This document shows positions 36,914-46,031 of a stretch of DNA of 64,000 bases, in pieces; the first letter of the stretch is position 1, and every line of letters begins with the position of its first letter. Below the pieces are notes generated by a model. That model did no database searches and was not told the origin of the DNA. It worked only from the letters and a program-made list of their open reading frames with translations. Location of the stretch: positions 4,296,757 to 4,360,756 of the forward strand of contig OZ245002.1 of the NCBI GenBank assembly GCA_965223415.1, given 5' to 3'. The stretch is from Myxococcota bacterium (GTDB taxonomy: Bacteria; Myxococcota_A; UBA9160; UBA6930). Position numbers and translations under genes: made by a program.

Positions 36914-38106
36914 TTCTTCCGCTCGTCCCGCGGCAGCCCCAGCAGCCGCTCGCCGATGATGTTCCGCTGGATGTTCGATGCGCCGCCGGCGATCGCGCTG
37001 CCCAGGGTCATCATGTAGTGGGAGACCCAGAAGCCGTCGGCGTACTCGTGGGGGATGCCCATGATCACGTCCTCCTCGCCCGGCGTCTGGAGCCCGCTCT
37101 CGGCCATGAGGTCCATCACGAGCTTCGCGACCCGGTGGCCGTTGTTGGTGGCGAAGAGCTTGGCCATGAGCATCTCGTTCATGGCCTTCGCGTCCTCGTT
37201 CTTGTGGATGGCCGAGAGCATGCGCGCCACCGCGTACTCCTGGGTCACGACGTAGCCCTCGATCCCGGCGAGCCGCTGGCGGACGATGGGGTCGTCGATG
37301 CGCCCGGTCTTGCGCGCGAGCTCCACCAGGTTGTCGAAGCTGCGCCGAGCCCCCGAGGCGTCGCCGATGAGCATGCGCTCGTGCTTCAGGGTGGAGCGGG
37401 AGACCTTCCAGCCCTCGCCGCGCTGGCCGACGATGTTCTCGGCGGGGACGCGCACGTCGTCGAAGAAGACCTCGCAGAACTCGAGGCCCCCGTTCAACAT
37501 CTTCAGCGGACGGGGATCGACTCCCGCCGTGTCCATGGGGATGAGCAGGTAGGAGATGCCGGCGTGCTTCGGGGCGTCGGGCTCGGTGCGGAAGAGGCCG
37601 AACATCATCTGGGCCTCGGTGGCCTGGCTGGTCCAGATCTTCTGGCCGTTGATCACCCACTCGTCGCCCACGAGCTCGGCGCGGCTCTTTAGGGAGGCCA
37701 GGTCGCTGCCGGCGCCGGGCTCGCTGTAGCCCTGGCACCAGCGCATCTCGCCGGCCAGGGTCGGGGCGATGTAGCGCCGGCGCTGGGCCTCGGTGCCGCA
37801 CTCGAGCAGGGTGGGCACGAGCATGTGGGTGCCCTGCACCGAGCTGCGGTGGGGCGTGCGCGCCGCGTCCAGCTCCTCGCGGATCACGGTCTCGGCGAGC
37901 ACGTCCGTCTCGACTCCCGCGCCGCCGTACTCCTTGGGGACGGTGCGGTAGAGGAAGCCCGCCTCGATGGCGCGCTTGCGGAAGCGCACGGCCTGCTCGG
38001 CCTCGGGCAGGCCGGCCTCGTCGCCCCGCGGCGGCCAGGCCTCGGCGCAGAAGGCGCGGACCTTCTCGCGCAGCTCGTCGTACTCGGCGCCGTAGCGGAG
38101 ATCCAT
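36910..38106 (-). CDS. Acyl-CoA dehydrogenase family protein
   Basis: 398-aa tail of ORF 36910..39129 starting MDLRYGAEYDELREKVRAF. WCQGYSEPGAGSDLASL...INGQKIWTS...GGASNIQRNIIGERLLGLP. Confidence 0.88.
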   Translation of the reverse strand: MDLRYGAEYDELREKVRAFCAEAWPPRGDEAGLPEAEQAVRFRKRAIEAGFLYRTVPKEYGGAGVETDVLAETVIREELDAARTPHRSSVQGTHMLVPTLLECGTEAQRRRYIAPTLAGEMRWCQGYSEPGAGSDLASLKSRAELVGDEWVINGQKIWTSQATEAQMMFGLFRTEPDAPKHAGISYLLIPMDTAGVDPRPLKMLNGGLEFCEVFFDDVRVPAENIVGQRGEGWKVSRSTLKHERMLIGDASGARRSFDNLVELARKTGRIDDPIVRQRLAGIEGYVVTQEYAVARMLSAIHKNEDAKAMNEMLMAKLFATNNGHRVAKLVMDLMAESGLQTPGEEDVIMGIPHEYADGFWVSHYMMTLGSAIAGGASNIQRNIIGERLLGLPRDERKN

Positions 38107-38123
38107 CCCTGCCAGCCTCCCTT

Positions 38124-39197
38124 CTACCAGTTCCCAAGGGTGGCGATGCGTTCGCGATGGGTTTCCGGCGTACCCAGGTACTGGCGGTCGAACAGCGCGC
38201 GCTTGAACCAGATCTGGGCGTCGCACTCCCAGGTCATGCCGATGCCTCCATGGATCTCGATCGCCGCGCGGGCCGTGTCCATCACGCGATCGGTGATGTG
38301 GGCCTTGGCGAGGGCGGCGGCCCGCGCGCTCTCGGCGGGCAGGTGGTCGAAGGCGTGGGCGGCGTACCAGTAGAGCCCGCGGGTGGGGTCGACGTCGAGG
38401 GCCATGTCGGCGAGCTGGTGCTTCACGGCCTGGAAGCTGCCGATGGCGCGACCGAACTGCTCGCGGGTCGTCGCGTACTCGACCGACATCCGCACCAGGC
38501 GATGCCCGGCGCCGAAGGCGTCCGCGGCCAGCAGCACGAGGCCCGCGTCCCGCAGCCGTTCCCCGGTGCCGGGAGCCAGGGGCTCGGCGGCGGCGCCGTC
38601 GAGGGTCAGCTCGAAGAGGCGGCGGCCGCGGTCGAGGGTGTCGGTCTCGCTCCAGCGCACGCCGTCGGAGGTCGCGTCGACCAGAGCCAGGCGGCCGCCG
38701 CGTCCGCCGACCACGACGAGCCCGGCCTCGGGCCCGGCGGGCACCAGGGTCTTCACGCCGCGGGCGGCTCCGTCGGCCACGAGGGCGGTCCACCGGGACG
38801 GGTCCCAGCCACCGGTCGTCTCGCCCAGGGCCACCGTGCCCAGGGTGTCGCCGGAGGCGAGCCGGGGTAGCCAGCGCTCTTTCTGGGTCTCGCTGCCACC
38901 CTGCACCAACGCCAGGGAGGCGAGGGTGTGGCCCAGGAAGGGCACGGGAACGGCGCCGCGCCCCAGCTCCTCCGACACGAGCGCACTCTCGAGCAGCTCG
39001 AGCCCGGCGCCGCCGTAGCTCTCGGGAATCAACAGGCCGCCGAGACCCATCTCGAGCAGGCCCTTCCAAAGGGCCGGGTCGGAGCCGCTGTCGCCGTCGA
39101 AGACCTCCCGCACCTTCGGAGCGGGGCACTCGTTCTCGGCAAAGCTGCGGACCGTCTCCTGGAGGAGCTCCTGCTCCTCGGACAGCGCGAAATCCAT
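38124..39197 (-). CDS. Acyl-CoA dehydrogenase family protein (probable partner subunit of the downstream ACAD)
   Basis: Met 54 of ORF 38124..39356: MDFALSEEQELLQETVRSFAE...IPESYGGAG...FQAVKHQLADM. Confidence 0.85.
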   Translation of the reverse strand: MDFALSEEQELLQETVRSFAENECPAPKVREVFDGDSGSDPALWKGLLEMGLGGLLIPESYGGAGLELLESALVSEELGRGAVPVPFLGHTLASLALVQGGSETQKERWLPRLASGDTLGTVALGETTGGWDPSRWTALVADGAARGVKTLVPAGPEAGLVVVGGRGGRLALVDATSDGVRWSETDTLDRGRRLFELTLDGAAAEPLAPGTGERLRDAGLVLLAADAFGAGHRLVRMSVEYATTREQFGRAIGSFQAVKHQLADMALDVDPTRGLYWYAAHAFDHLPAESARAAALAKAHITDRVMDTARAAIEIHGGIGMTWECDAQIWFKRALFDRQYLGTPETHRERIATLGNW

Positions 39198-39285
39198 GAA
39201 GCCTCTCCGACCCCCGCCGTTGCCCGGCGTCGGGCGCGGACCTACTTTACTGATTCCTTTGTCATTATCGAGGGAGCCCCCCGGC

Positions 39286-39891
39286 GTGAGCGCCAGCCCG
39301 GAACCCGTCCGCCGCCGCCTGCCGCCCCAACAGCGGCGCGCACAGCTCCTGGACACGGCCCTCGAGGTGTTCGCCGAGCAGGGTCTCGGCCGGGCGCGGC
39401 ACGCCGAGATCGCGAAGCGCGCCGGCGTCGCGGTGTCGACGGTGTTCCTCTACTTCCCGACCCGGGCGGAGCTCGTGCAGGCCGTCCTCGACGAAGTCGA
39501 CGGCTTCTTCACGGCGCTCTCCGACCGCATTCACGGCATGGACGCGCCCTGTCGCGACGTCCTTCGCGAGCACGGTCGCGCCTTCATCGCGTCGATCGAC
39601 TCGCATCCGCACCACGTGCGCATCTGGCTGGACTGGAGCACGAGCTTCCGAGAGGAGATCTTCGAGGGCTTCCTCGATTTCACCGAGCGGCTGGTGCGAA
39701 GCCACGCGCGCACGCTCGCCCGGGGCCAGGTGGCGGGCGACGTGCGCCGCGACGTCGACCCGGACGCCTGCGCACGGCTCCTGGTGGGCACCGCCCAGAT
39801 GATCGCGCAGCTCAAGCTCACCCATCCCCACGACGACGCCTGGCGCCGCTCGGCCGATACCCTGCTCGAAGCGGCGGCGCCGCGCCCCTGA
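39286..39891 (+). CDS. TetR/AcrR family transcriptional regulator
   Basis: In-frame GTG at 39286. HTH region RRAQLLDTALEVFAEQGLGRARHAEIAKRAGVAVSTVFLYFPTR. Divergent from the ACAD pair across a relatively AT-rich 88-bp gap. Confidence 0.85.
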   Translation: MSASPEPVRRRLPPQQRRAQLLDTALEVFAEQGLGRARHAEIAKRAGVAVSTVFLYFPTRAELVQAVLDEVDGFFTALSDRIHGMDAPCRDVLREHGRAFIASIDSHPHHVRIWLDWSTSFREEIFEGFLDFTERLVRSHARTLARGQVAGDVRRDVDPDACARLLVGTAQMIAQLKLTHPHDDAWRRSADTLLEAAAPRP

Positions 39892-39905
39892 CCCGAGGAG
39901 CATCC

Positions 39906-40922
39906 GTGTCCGACCGAACGAACCGACGCCATGTGCTCGCCCAGCGCCCCCGCGGCGAGGTGGGCGACGAGTGCTTCCGCTTCGAGGAGACGGAGGTGCC
40001 CGCCCTCGCGGAAGGCGAGGCGCTGGTGCGGACCCTCTACGTCTCCCTCGATCCGACCATCCGCGGCTGGCTCGACGACGCGCCGGGCTACATGCCGCCG
40101 GTGCAGATCGGCGAAGTCGTGCGCTCGGGGGGCGTCGGCGAGGTCGTGGAGAGCCGGAGCGGCCGTTACAAGGTCGGCGATCGCCTGTTCGGCATGCCCG
40201 GCTGGCAGGAGCTGGCGGTGGCCGACGAGGGCGGGCGCGGGATGCAGACGCTTCCGCCCGGCGTGGAGCCCACTGACGCCCTCGGCGTCTTCGGCATCAC
40301 CGGCATGACCGCCTACTTCGGCATGCTCGAGATCGGCCAGCCGAACGACGGCGACACGGTCTTCGTCTCCGGTGCCGCCGGCGCCACGGGCTCGGTGGCG
40401 GGGCAGATCGCGAAGATCCAGGGCTGCCGGGTGGTCGGCACCGCGGGCACCGACGAGAAGTGCCGCTGGGTCACCGACGAGCTCGGCTTCGACGCCTGCA
40501 TCAACTACCGGACGGAGGACGTGGGCGCCGGCCTGGACGCCGCCTGTCCCGACGGCATCGACGTCTACTTCGACAACGTCGGCGGCGAGATCCTCCAGCT
40601 GGCCCTCGCCCGCCTCAACCAGGGCGCCCGCATCGCGCTCTGCGGCGGCATCTCCGGCTACAACGCGACGAAGCCCGAGCCCGGGCCGAACAACCTGATG
40701 CAGCTCATCCTGAAGCGCGCGCGGATGGAGGGCTTCCTCGTGCTCGACTACATGCCGCGCTTCCCGGAGGCCATGGCCCGGATGGCGCCCTGGGTCGCGG
40801 AGGGCAAGGTCAACAACCGGGTGACCGTCGTGGACGGCCTGGAGAACACCCCGGGCGCCTTCCGGCAGCTCTTCAGCGGCGGCAACACGGGAAAGCTGCT
40901 CGTCCGTGTCGCCGGAGCCTGA
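39906..40922 (+). CDS. NADP-dependent oxidoreductase, MDR superfamily (YncB/PTGR-like enone reductase)
   Basis: In-frame GTG at 39906. YVSLDPTIRGW...VFVSGAAGATGSVAGQIAKIQGCRVVGTAG. Confidence 0.85.
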   Translation: MSDRTNRRHVLAQRPRGEVGDECFRFEETEVPALAEGEALVRTLYVSLDPTIRGWLDDAPGYMPPVQIGEVVRSGGVGEVVESRSGRYKVGDRLFGMPGWQELAVADEGGRGMQTLPPGVEPTDALGVFGITGMTAYFGMLEIGQPNDGDTVFVSGAAGATGSVAGQIAKIQGCRVVGTAGTDEKCRWVTDELGFDACINYRTEDVGAGLDAACPDGIDVYFDNVGGEILQLALARLNQGARIALCGGISGYNATKPEPGPNNLMQLILKRARMEGFLVLDYMPRFPEAMARMAPWVAEGKVNNRVTVVDGLENTPGAFRQLFSGGNTGKLLVRVAGA

Positions 40923-41466
40923 GCGGCGTGGGCCGATCCGCGTGGGCGTCTCGACCTGCCTGCTCGGCGAGTCCGTGCGCTACGACGGCGGACACAAGCG
41001 GGAGCGCTTCGTCGCCGAGGAGCTGGCCGGAGCCGTCGAGCTGGTTCCGGTGTGCCCGGAGGTCGAGCTCGGGCTGGGCGTGCCCCGGGAGCCGATCCGG
41101 CTCGTCGGGTCGCCGGACGGCCTGCGCCTGGTCGGCGAAGCGAGCGGGCGGGACCACGGGGAGCGGATGCGGGCGTTCGCCCGGGAACGGGTGCGCCGGC
41201 TCGCCGGGCTCGGGCTCTGCGGCTACGTCCTGAAGAGCGGCTCGCCGAGCTGCGGCCTCGCGGCGGTGCCGGTCTGGGCCGGCGGGCCCGAAGGGGAGGG
41301 CGAGCTTCGTCTCGACGGGCGGGGCCTGTTCGCCGCCGCCCTCTGCGACGGGTTGCCGGACCTGCCGGTGGAGGAGGAGCATCGGCTCCGGGAGCCCGCT
41401 CGCCGCGAGCGCTGGCTCGCGCGCGTGCGGGCGTTCCACCGCCGGGCCCGGGGAGGACATCCGTGA
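40906..41466 (+). CDS. DUF523 domain protein
   Basis: IRVGVSTCLLGESVRYDGGHK...VPVCPEVELGLGVPREP. The true start may be the GTG at 40942. Confidence 0.7.
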   Translation: MSPEPERRGPIRVGVSTCLLGESVRYDGGHKRERFVAEELAGAVELVPVCPEVELGLGVPREPIRLVGSPDGLRLVGEASGRDHGERMRAFARERVRRLAGLGLCGYVLKSGSPSCGLAAVPVWAGGPEGEGELRLDGRGLFAAALCDGLPDLPVEEEHRLREPARRERWLARVRAFHRRARGGHP

Positions 41467-42182
41467 AGCGAGTGCTCGTCGGTCTCCTGGTCCTGGTCGT
41501 CCTGCTGGCGGCCGGCCTCTGGGGCTGGCTGCGGTGGTACGGCGCGCGCAGCCAGGACCCGACCTTCTTCGAGGACTCGATCGCCGCCTTCGAGGCGGAG
41601 GACCGCGCGATGTCGCCGCCGCACCCGGTGGTGGTGTTCACCGGGAGCTCGAGCGTGCGGCTGTGGTCGAGCCTCGAGCGGGACATGGCTCCCATCCCCG
41701 TGCTGAACCGCGGCTTCGGCGGATCCCAGATGAGCCACGTCGTCTACTTCGCCGAGAGCGTGATCAACGCCTACCGGCCCACGGCGGTCGTGGTCTACGC
41801 CGGTGACAACGACCTCGACTCCCGCACCGGCAAGACCGCGGAGACGGTGCTCGCGGACTTTCGCGAGCTGGTCGGCATCGTTCATGCCGGGCTTCCCGAG
41901 ACGCGCATCTACTACCTGACCATCAAGCCCTCGAAACTGCGCTGGGACCGCTGGCCGGAGATGACCCGGGCGAACGAGGCGATCGCCGCCTTCGCCGCCG
42001 GCGATTCACGGCTCGGTGTGATCGACATCGGCCCCGCGACCCTGGGGCCCGACGGGACGCCTCGTGACGACGTCTTCATCTTCGACGGCCTGCACCTGAA
42101 CGCGACCGGTTACGCTGCCTGGACCGAGGTGGTGCGCGCCGCCCTGCTGGCCGACCCCGCCGTCCAGGCGATCCTGCCGTAG
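41463..42182 (+). CDS. SGNH/GDSL hydrolase family protein with an N-terminal anchor
   Basis: GTG at 41463 forming a GTGA overlap. Blocks FTGSSS, GFGG, AGDND and DGLH. Confidence 0.78.
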   Translation: MKRVLVGLLVLVVLLAAGLWGWLRWYGARSQDPTFFEDSIAAFEAEDRAMSPPHPVVVFTGSSSVRLWSSLERDMAPIPVLNRGFGGSQMSHVVYFAESVINAYRPTAVVVYAGDNDLDSRTGKTAETVLADFRELVGIVHAGLPETRIYYLTIKPSKLRWDRWPEMTRANEAIAAFAAGDSRLGVIDIGPATLGPDGTPRDDVFIFDGLHLNATGYAAWTEVVRAALLADPAVQAILP

Positions 42183-42190
42183 GAGGCCCC

Positions 42191-43333
42191 ATGCGACGAG
42201 AGATCTTCAGCGAGGAGCACGACCTCTTCCGCGAGCAGTTCCGGCGCTTCGTCCAGGAAGAAGTGGAGCCCCACGTCCAGGCGTGGAACGAGGCCGGCAT
42301 CACCCCGCGCCGGATCTGGAAGCGGATGGGCGAAGAGGGCTATCTGGGCGCGAACCAGCCCGAGGCCTACGGCGGCGCCGGCGGCGATTTCCTGTTCGAC
42401 GCGGTCATCATGGAGGAGCTGGCCTACGCCCGCGCCCACGCACTCCAGGCTTCCCTGCACACGGACATCTGCGTTCCCTACCTCACGACCTACGCCACCG
42501 AGGAGCAGAAGCAGCGTTGGCTGGTGCCGGCCATCGCCGGCGACTGCCTCGTCGCCATCGCCATGACCGAGCCCGGCACGGGCTCCGACCTCGCCGCCGT
42601 GCAGACGAAGGCGATCCGCGAAGGCGACGAGTACGTGGTGAACGGCGCCAAGACCTTCATCTCGAACGGACAGAACTGCGACCTGGTGATCGTCGTGGCC
42701 AAGACCGATCCGGAGAAGCGGCACGACGGGATCAGCCTGCTGCTCGTCGAGGCCGATACAGAGGGCTTCGAGCGCGGGCGCAATCTGGCCAAGATCGGCC
42801 TCAAGGGCCAGGACACGAGCGAGCTCTTCTTCCGGGAATGCAGGGTGCCCGCGGAGAACCTGCTGGGCCAGGAGGGGCAGGGCTTCAAGATGTTGATGGA
42901 GAAGCTGCAGCAGGAGCGCCTGTGCATCGGCGTCGGCTCCGTGGCCAGCGCGCGCCGCTCCCTCGACGACACCCTGGCCTACGTGAAGGAGCGCCAGGCC
43001 TTCGGCCAGCCCATTGGCCGCTTCCAGAACACGCAGTTCAAGCTGGCAGAGCTGGTGACGGAGATGGAGATCGGCCAGGCCTTCGTCGACCGGCTGCTCC
43101 AGGCCCACGTGCGCGGTGACGAGATCGTCTCCGAGGTGAGCATGGCCAAGTGGTGGTGCAGCGATCTCCAGAAGAAGGTCGCCGCCGAGTGCCTCCAGCT
43201 CCACGGCGGCTACGGCTTCATGGAGGAGTACCCGATCTCCAGCGACTACCAGGACGCCGCCGTCCAGAGCATCTACGCCGGAAGCAACGAGATCATGAAG
43301 GTGATCATCGCCCGACGGTTGGGGCTGGGCTGA
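42191..43333 (+). CDS. Acyl-CoA dehydrogenase
   Basis: 380 aa. AMTEPGTGSDLAAV, NGAKTFISNG, and the C-terminal catalytic region IYAGSNEIMKVIIAR. Confidence 0.9.
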   Translation: MRREIFSEEHDLFREQFRRFVQEEVEPHVQAWNEAGITPRRIWKRMGEEGYLGANQPEAYGGAGGDFLFDAVIMEELAYARAHALQASLHTDICVPYLTTYATEEQKQRWLVPAIAGDCLVAIAMTEPGTGSDLAAVQTKAIREGDEYVVNGAKTFISNGQNCDLVIVVAKTDPEKRHDGISLLLVEADTEGFERGRNLAKIGLKGQDTSELFFRECRVPAENLLGQEGQGFKMLMEKLQQERLCIGVGSVASARRSLDDTLAYVKERQAFGQPIGRFQNTQFKLAELVTEMEIGQAFVDRLLQAHVRGDEIVSEVSMAKWWCSDLQKKVAAECLQLHGGYGFMEEYPISSDYQDAAVQSIYAGSNEIMKVIIARRLGLG

Positions 43334-43617
43334 GGTCACCCATCTGGCGCTGGCCCTGGTCCGGCATGGCCGGCCGTCCGGGCGGCCCCGCTAGCCCTCG
43401 CGGGTCCTCCACTCCTGCACGCCCCCGCCGCGGCGACCGCGTCTCCGTTGCGTCCAGGGTGGCTGGGCTGAGGCGCGGCAGCGGCCTGTTCTCCCACGCG
43501 GGGTCCCTGCGGGGCTCGCAATCCGCTCGCAATGCGCAGCGGATGTGACGTTTCGCGGCCGGCCGTCATTGGTCTCTCCGGAGGGCATGGAACCCACGCT
43601 CTCGGGAGGAACCGAAG

Positions 43618-45075
43618 ATGGACTGGACGAACCTCTTGAACTCGATCCAGGAGGCGCTCGGTGCGACGGTGCCCGGCATCGCCGGCGCGCTCCTGATCGC
43701 GGTCGTCGGCTGGATCGCGGCGCTCGTCCTGCGCGCGATCGTGCGCCGCGGCCTGGGTGCGGCCGGGCTGAACCGGCGCCTGGCGGCGGGCACCGAGATC
43801 TCGGTCGACGCCGAGAACGGAGTGGCCAAGGGGGTGTACTGGGTGGTGCTGGCGATGGTCGGCGTGGCGTTCTTCAACGCCCTCGACCTGAACCAGGCCT
43901 CCGGCTCGCTCCAGCAGCTGGTGGACCAGGTGATGGTCTTCCTGCCCAAGCTCGTGGCCGGTGGCGTACTGCTGGGGGTGGCGATGCTGCTCGCGACCGG
44001 TGTGCGCATGCTCTCGACCCGGGCTCTGGCGGCGACCACGCTGGACGAGCGGCTCACCCAGGAAGCCGGCATCGCGCCGCCGAGCGCGAGCATCGGCAAC
44101 GTCCTCTACGGGCTGGTGTTGTTGCTCTTCCTTCCGGCGATCCTCGGCGTCCTCGAGCTCGGCGGGCTGCTCGCGCCCGTGCAGACCATGGTGGACGAGA
44201 TCCTGGGCCACCTGCCCAACGTGTTCGGGGCCGGCGTGCTGGGCGTCGCTGGCTGGTTCGTCGCGCGGCTGCTCCGCGACCTGGTGCAGAACCTGCTTTC
44301 GGCCACCGGCGCCGACCGGCTCGGCGAGCGCGCGGGCCTCCAGGGCAACACCACGCTCTCGGGCCTCGCCGGCCTCCTGGTCTACATCTTCGTGCTGGTG
44401 CCCGCCCTCATCGCCGCTCTCAACGTCCTGGCGATCGACGCGATCTCCGCGCCGGCGACGGAGATGCTCGGCCAGTTCATGGCGGCCATTCCGAACCTGT
44501 TCGCGGCGGGCATCATCCTCGCGGTGGCCTGGATCGTGTCGAACTTCGTGGCGGGGCTCCTCGAGTCGCTCCTCGGCGGGATGGGCTTCGATCGACTGCC
44601 GGAAACCCTGGGAGTCGCCAGCGTGATGCCCGCCGGCGCGACCCTCTCCAGTGTTGCCAGCCGCGTGCTGGTGTTCTTCGTGATGCTCTTCGCGCTCGTG
44701 GAGGCAGCCGCCCGTCTCGGCTTCGAGCAGATGTCCGGACTGGTCGGCATGCTCATTGCCTTCGGCGGCGACGTGCTGCTCGGGATCACGATCATCGCGG
44801 TCGGAGTGTGGATCTCGAACCTGGCTTCGGACGCGGTGGCGCGCGTTCGCGGAGGTGGTGCCGGGGGCGTCGCGGGCATCGTTCGCTTCGGCATCCTCGG
44901 CATCGTGGTGGCGATGGGCCTGCGCGCCATGGGGCTCGCAGACTCGATCGTGAACATGGCCTTCGGCCTCACCCTCGGCGCCGTGGCCGTGGCGGTCGCG
45001 CTCTCCTTCGGCCTCGGTGGCCGAGAGGCGGCGGGCCGGCAGATGGAACACTGGCTGGGTCAGCTTCGGAGCTAG
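43618..45075 (+). CDS. Polytopic membrane protein built of 'conserved TM helix' repeats (mechanosensitive-channel-related)
   Basis: 485 aa. Recurring modules of the form LP(K/N)(L/V)..A..(L/I)L..(A/G)W.(V/A)A..(L/V), such as FLPKLVAGGVLLGVAML, HLPNVFGAGVLGVAGWFVARLL and AIPNLFAAGIILAVAWIVSNFV. Confidence 0.7.
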   Translation: MDWTNLLNSIQEALGATVPGIAGALLIAVVGWIAALVLRAIVRRGLGAAGLNRRLAAGTEISVDAENGVAKGVYWVVLAMVGVAFFNALDLNQASGSLQQLVDQVMVFLPKLVAGGVLLGVAMLLATGVRMLSTRALAATTLDERLTQEAGIAPPSASIGNVLYGLVLLLFLPAILGVLELGGLLAPVQTMVDEILGHLPNVFGAGVLGVAGWFVARLLRDLVQNLLSATGADRLGERAGLQGNTTLSGLAGLLVYIFVLVPALIAALNVLAIDAISAPATEMLGQFMAAIPNLFAAGIILAVAWIVSNFVAGLLESLLGGMGFDRLPETLGVASVMPAGATLSSVASRVLVFFVMLFALVEAAARLGFEQMSGLVGMLIAFGGDVLLGITIIAVGVWISNLASDAVARVRGGGAGGVAGIVRFGILGIVVAMGLRAMGLADSIVNMAFGLTLGAVAVAVALSFGLGGREAAGRQMEHWLGQLRS

Positions 45076-45142
45076 TCCGGAGGAGGGGGCGGGGGGACCC
45101 GCCCCCTCCTCGACCGGTGGCCGTCGGGACTACTCTCAGCCA

Positions 45143-45751
45143 GTGGAGAGGGGGAAGGCTGGCGGCGCTCCCGGCGCCGATTCGCCGGGCCGAGAGGCGC
45201 TGGACGACCACACGCTCGTCCAGCGAGCTCGGCTCGAGCTGCCCCGCCGGACGATCGCCTACCAAAGGCTCGTCGAACGTCACGCAGACGGGGTCTATCG
45301 GCGGGCCCATCGGCTGCTCGGCTCGCGGGAGGACGCGGAGGACGTGGTCCAGGACGTGATGCTCAGCGTGCTTCGGGGGTTGCCCGGGCTTCGGCCCGAG
45401 CAGCCCTTCTCGCACTGGCTCAGTCGGGTGACGACGAATGCCTGCCTGCTCACGCTGCGGCGGCGCGGCCAACGGGCGCGGCGGCGCGACGCCTTCGGCC
45501 GCGAGCCGCGGAACGGTGCGACCCATCCGCCCGGCGACCCCATGCTGCGCGAAGCGTTGGCTCGCGCACTCGAGGCGTTCCCCGAGGAGACCCGCATCGC
45601 CGTGGTGGGCCGCCTGCTCGAGGAGCGGAGCTACGTCGAGCTCGCACGGGAGCTCGGGCTCAGCGAGTCGGCCCTCAAGATGAGGGTCTCGCGGGCCTGC
45701 AGCGCGCTGCGAGAGCGTTTGGCACCGGAGGGCGGGGTCGATGGCGGATGA
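45143..45751 (+). CDS. ECF-type RNA polymerase sigma-70 family factor
   Basis: Region 2 (EDAEDVVQDVMLSVLRGL...FSHWLSRVTTNACL) and region 4 HTH (SYVELARELGLSESALKMRVSRA). The start is uncertain. GTG 45143 is the first candidate downstream of the preceding gene. Confidence 0.8.
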   Translation: MERGKAGGAPGADSPGREALDDHTLVQRARLELPRRTIAYQRLVERHADGVYRRAHRLLGSREDAEDVVQDVMLSVLRGLPGLRPEQPFSHWLSRVTTNACLLTLRRRGQRARRRDAFGREPRNGATHPPGDPMLREALARALEAFPEETRIAVVGRLLEERSYVELARELGLSESALKMRVSRACSALRERLAPEGGVDGG

Positions 45752-46031
45752 ATCGCGCGCTGGACGGCGCGACGTGCGCGACGACGAGGGGGCTCTGCGC
45801 GACCTGTTCGCGGACCCCCTCTCGTTGGGGGAGCCCCCGCCGCCGCCCGAGCGGGATCTCGTGGAGCAGGCCATGGATCAGGCCCGCGCGGAGATCCACG
45901 CCCGGGATTGGATCGACCTCACGACCCAGGTGCTCGTGCTGCGGTTCTTCGTGCCCATGCTCGAGCTGATCATGGGGAATCTGCTGCCCGCACACTCCCG
46001 GGAGGGGAACGATGAACGAGACGATGGCTGA
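45741..46031 (+). CDS. Small hypothetical protein, candidate anti-sigma factor
   Basis: ATG preceded by GGAGGG. Overlaps the sigma gene stop by 11 nt and the next gene by 20 nt. One hydrophobic stretch (LTTQVLVLRFFVPMLELIMGNLL). No HxxxCxxC zinc motif. Confidence 0.5.
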   Translation: MADESRAGRRDVRDDEGALRDLFADPLSLGEPPPPPERDLVEQAMDQARAEIHARDWIDLTTQVLVLRFFVPMLELIMGNLLPAHSREGNDERDDG

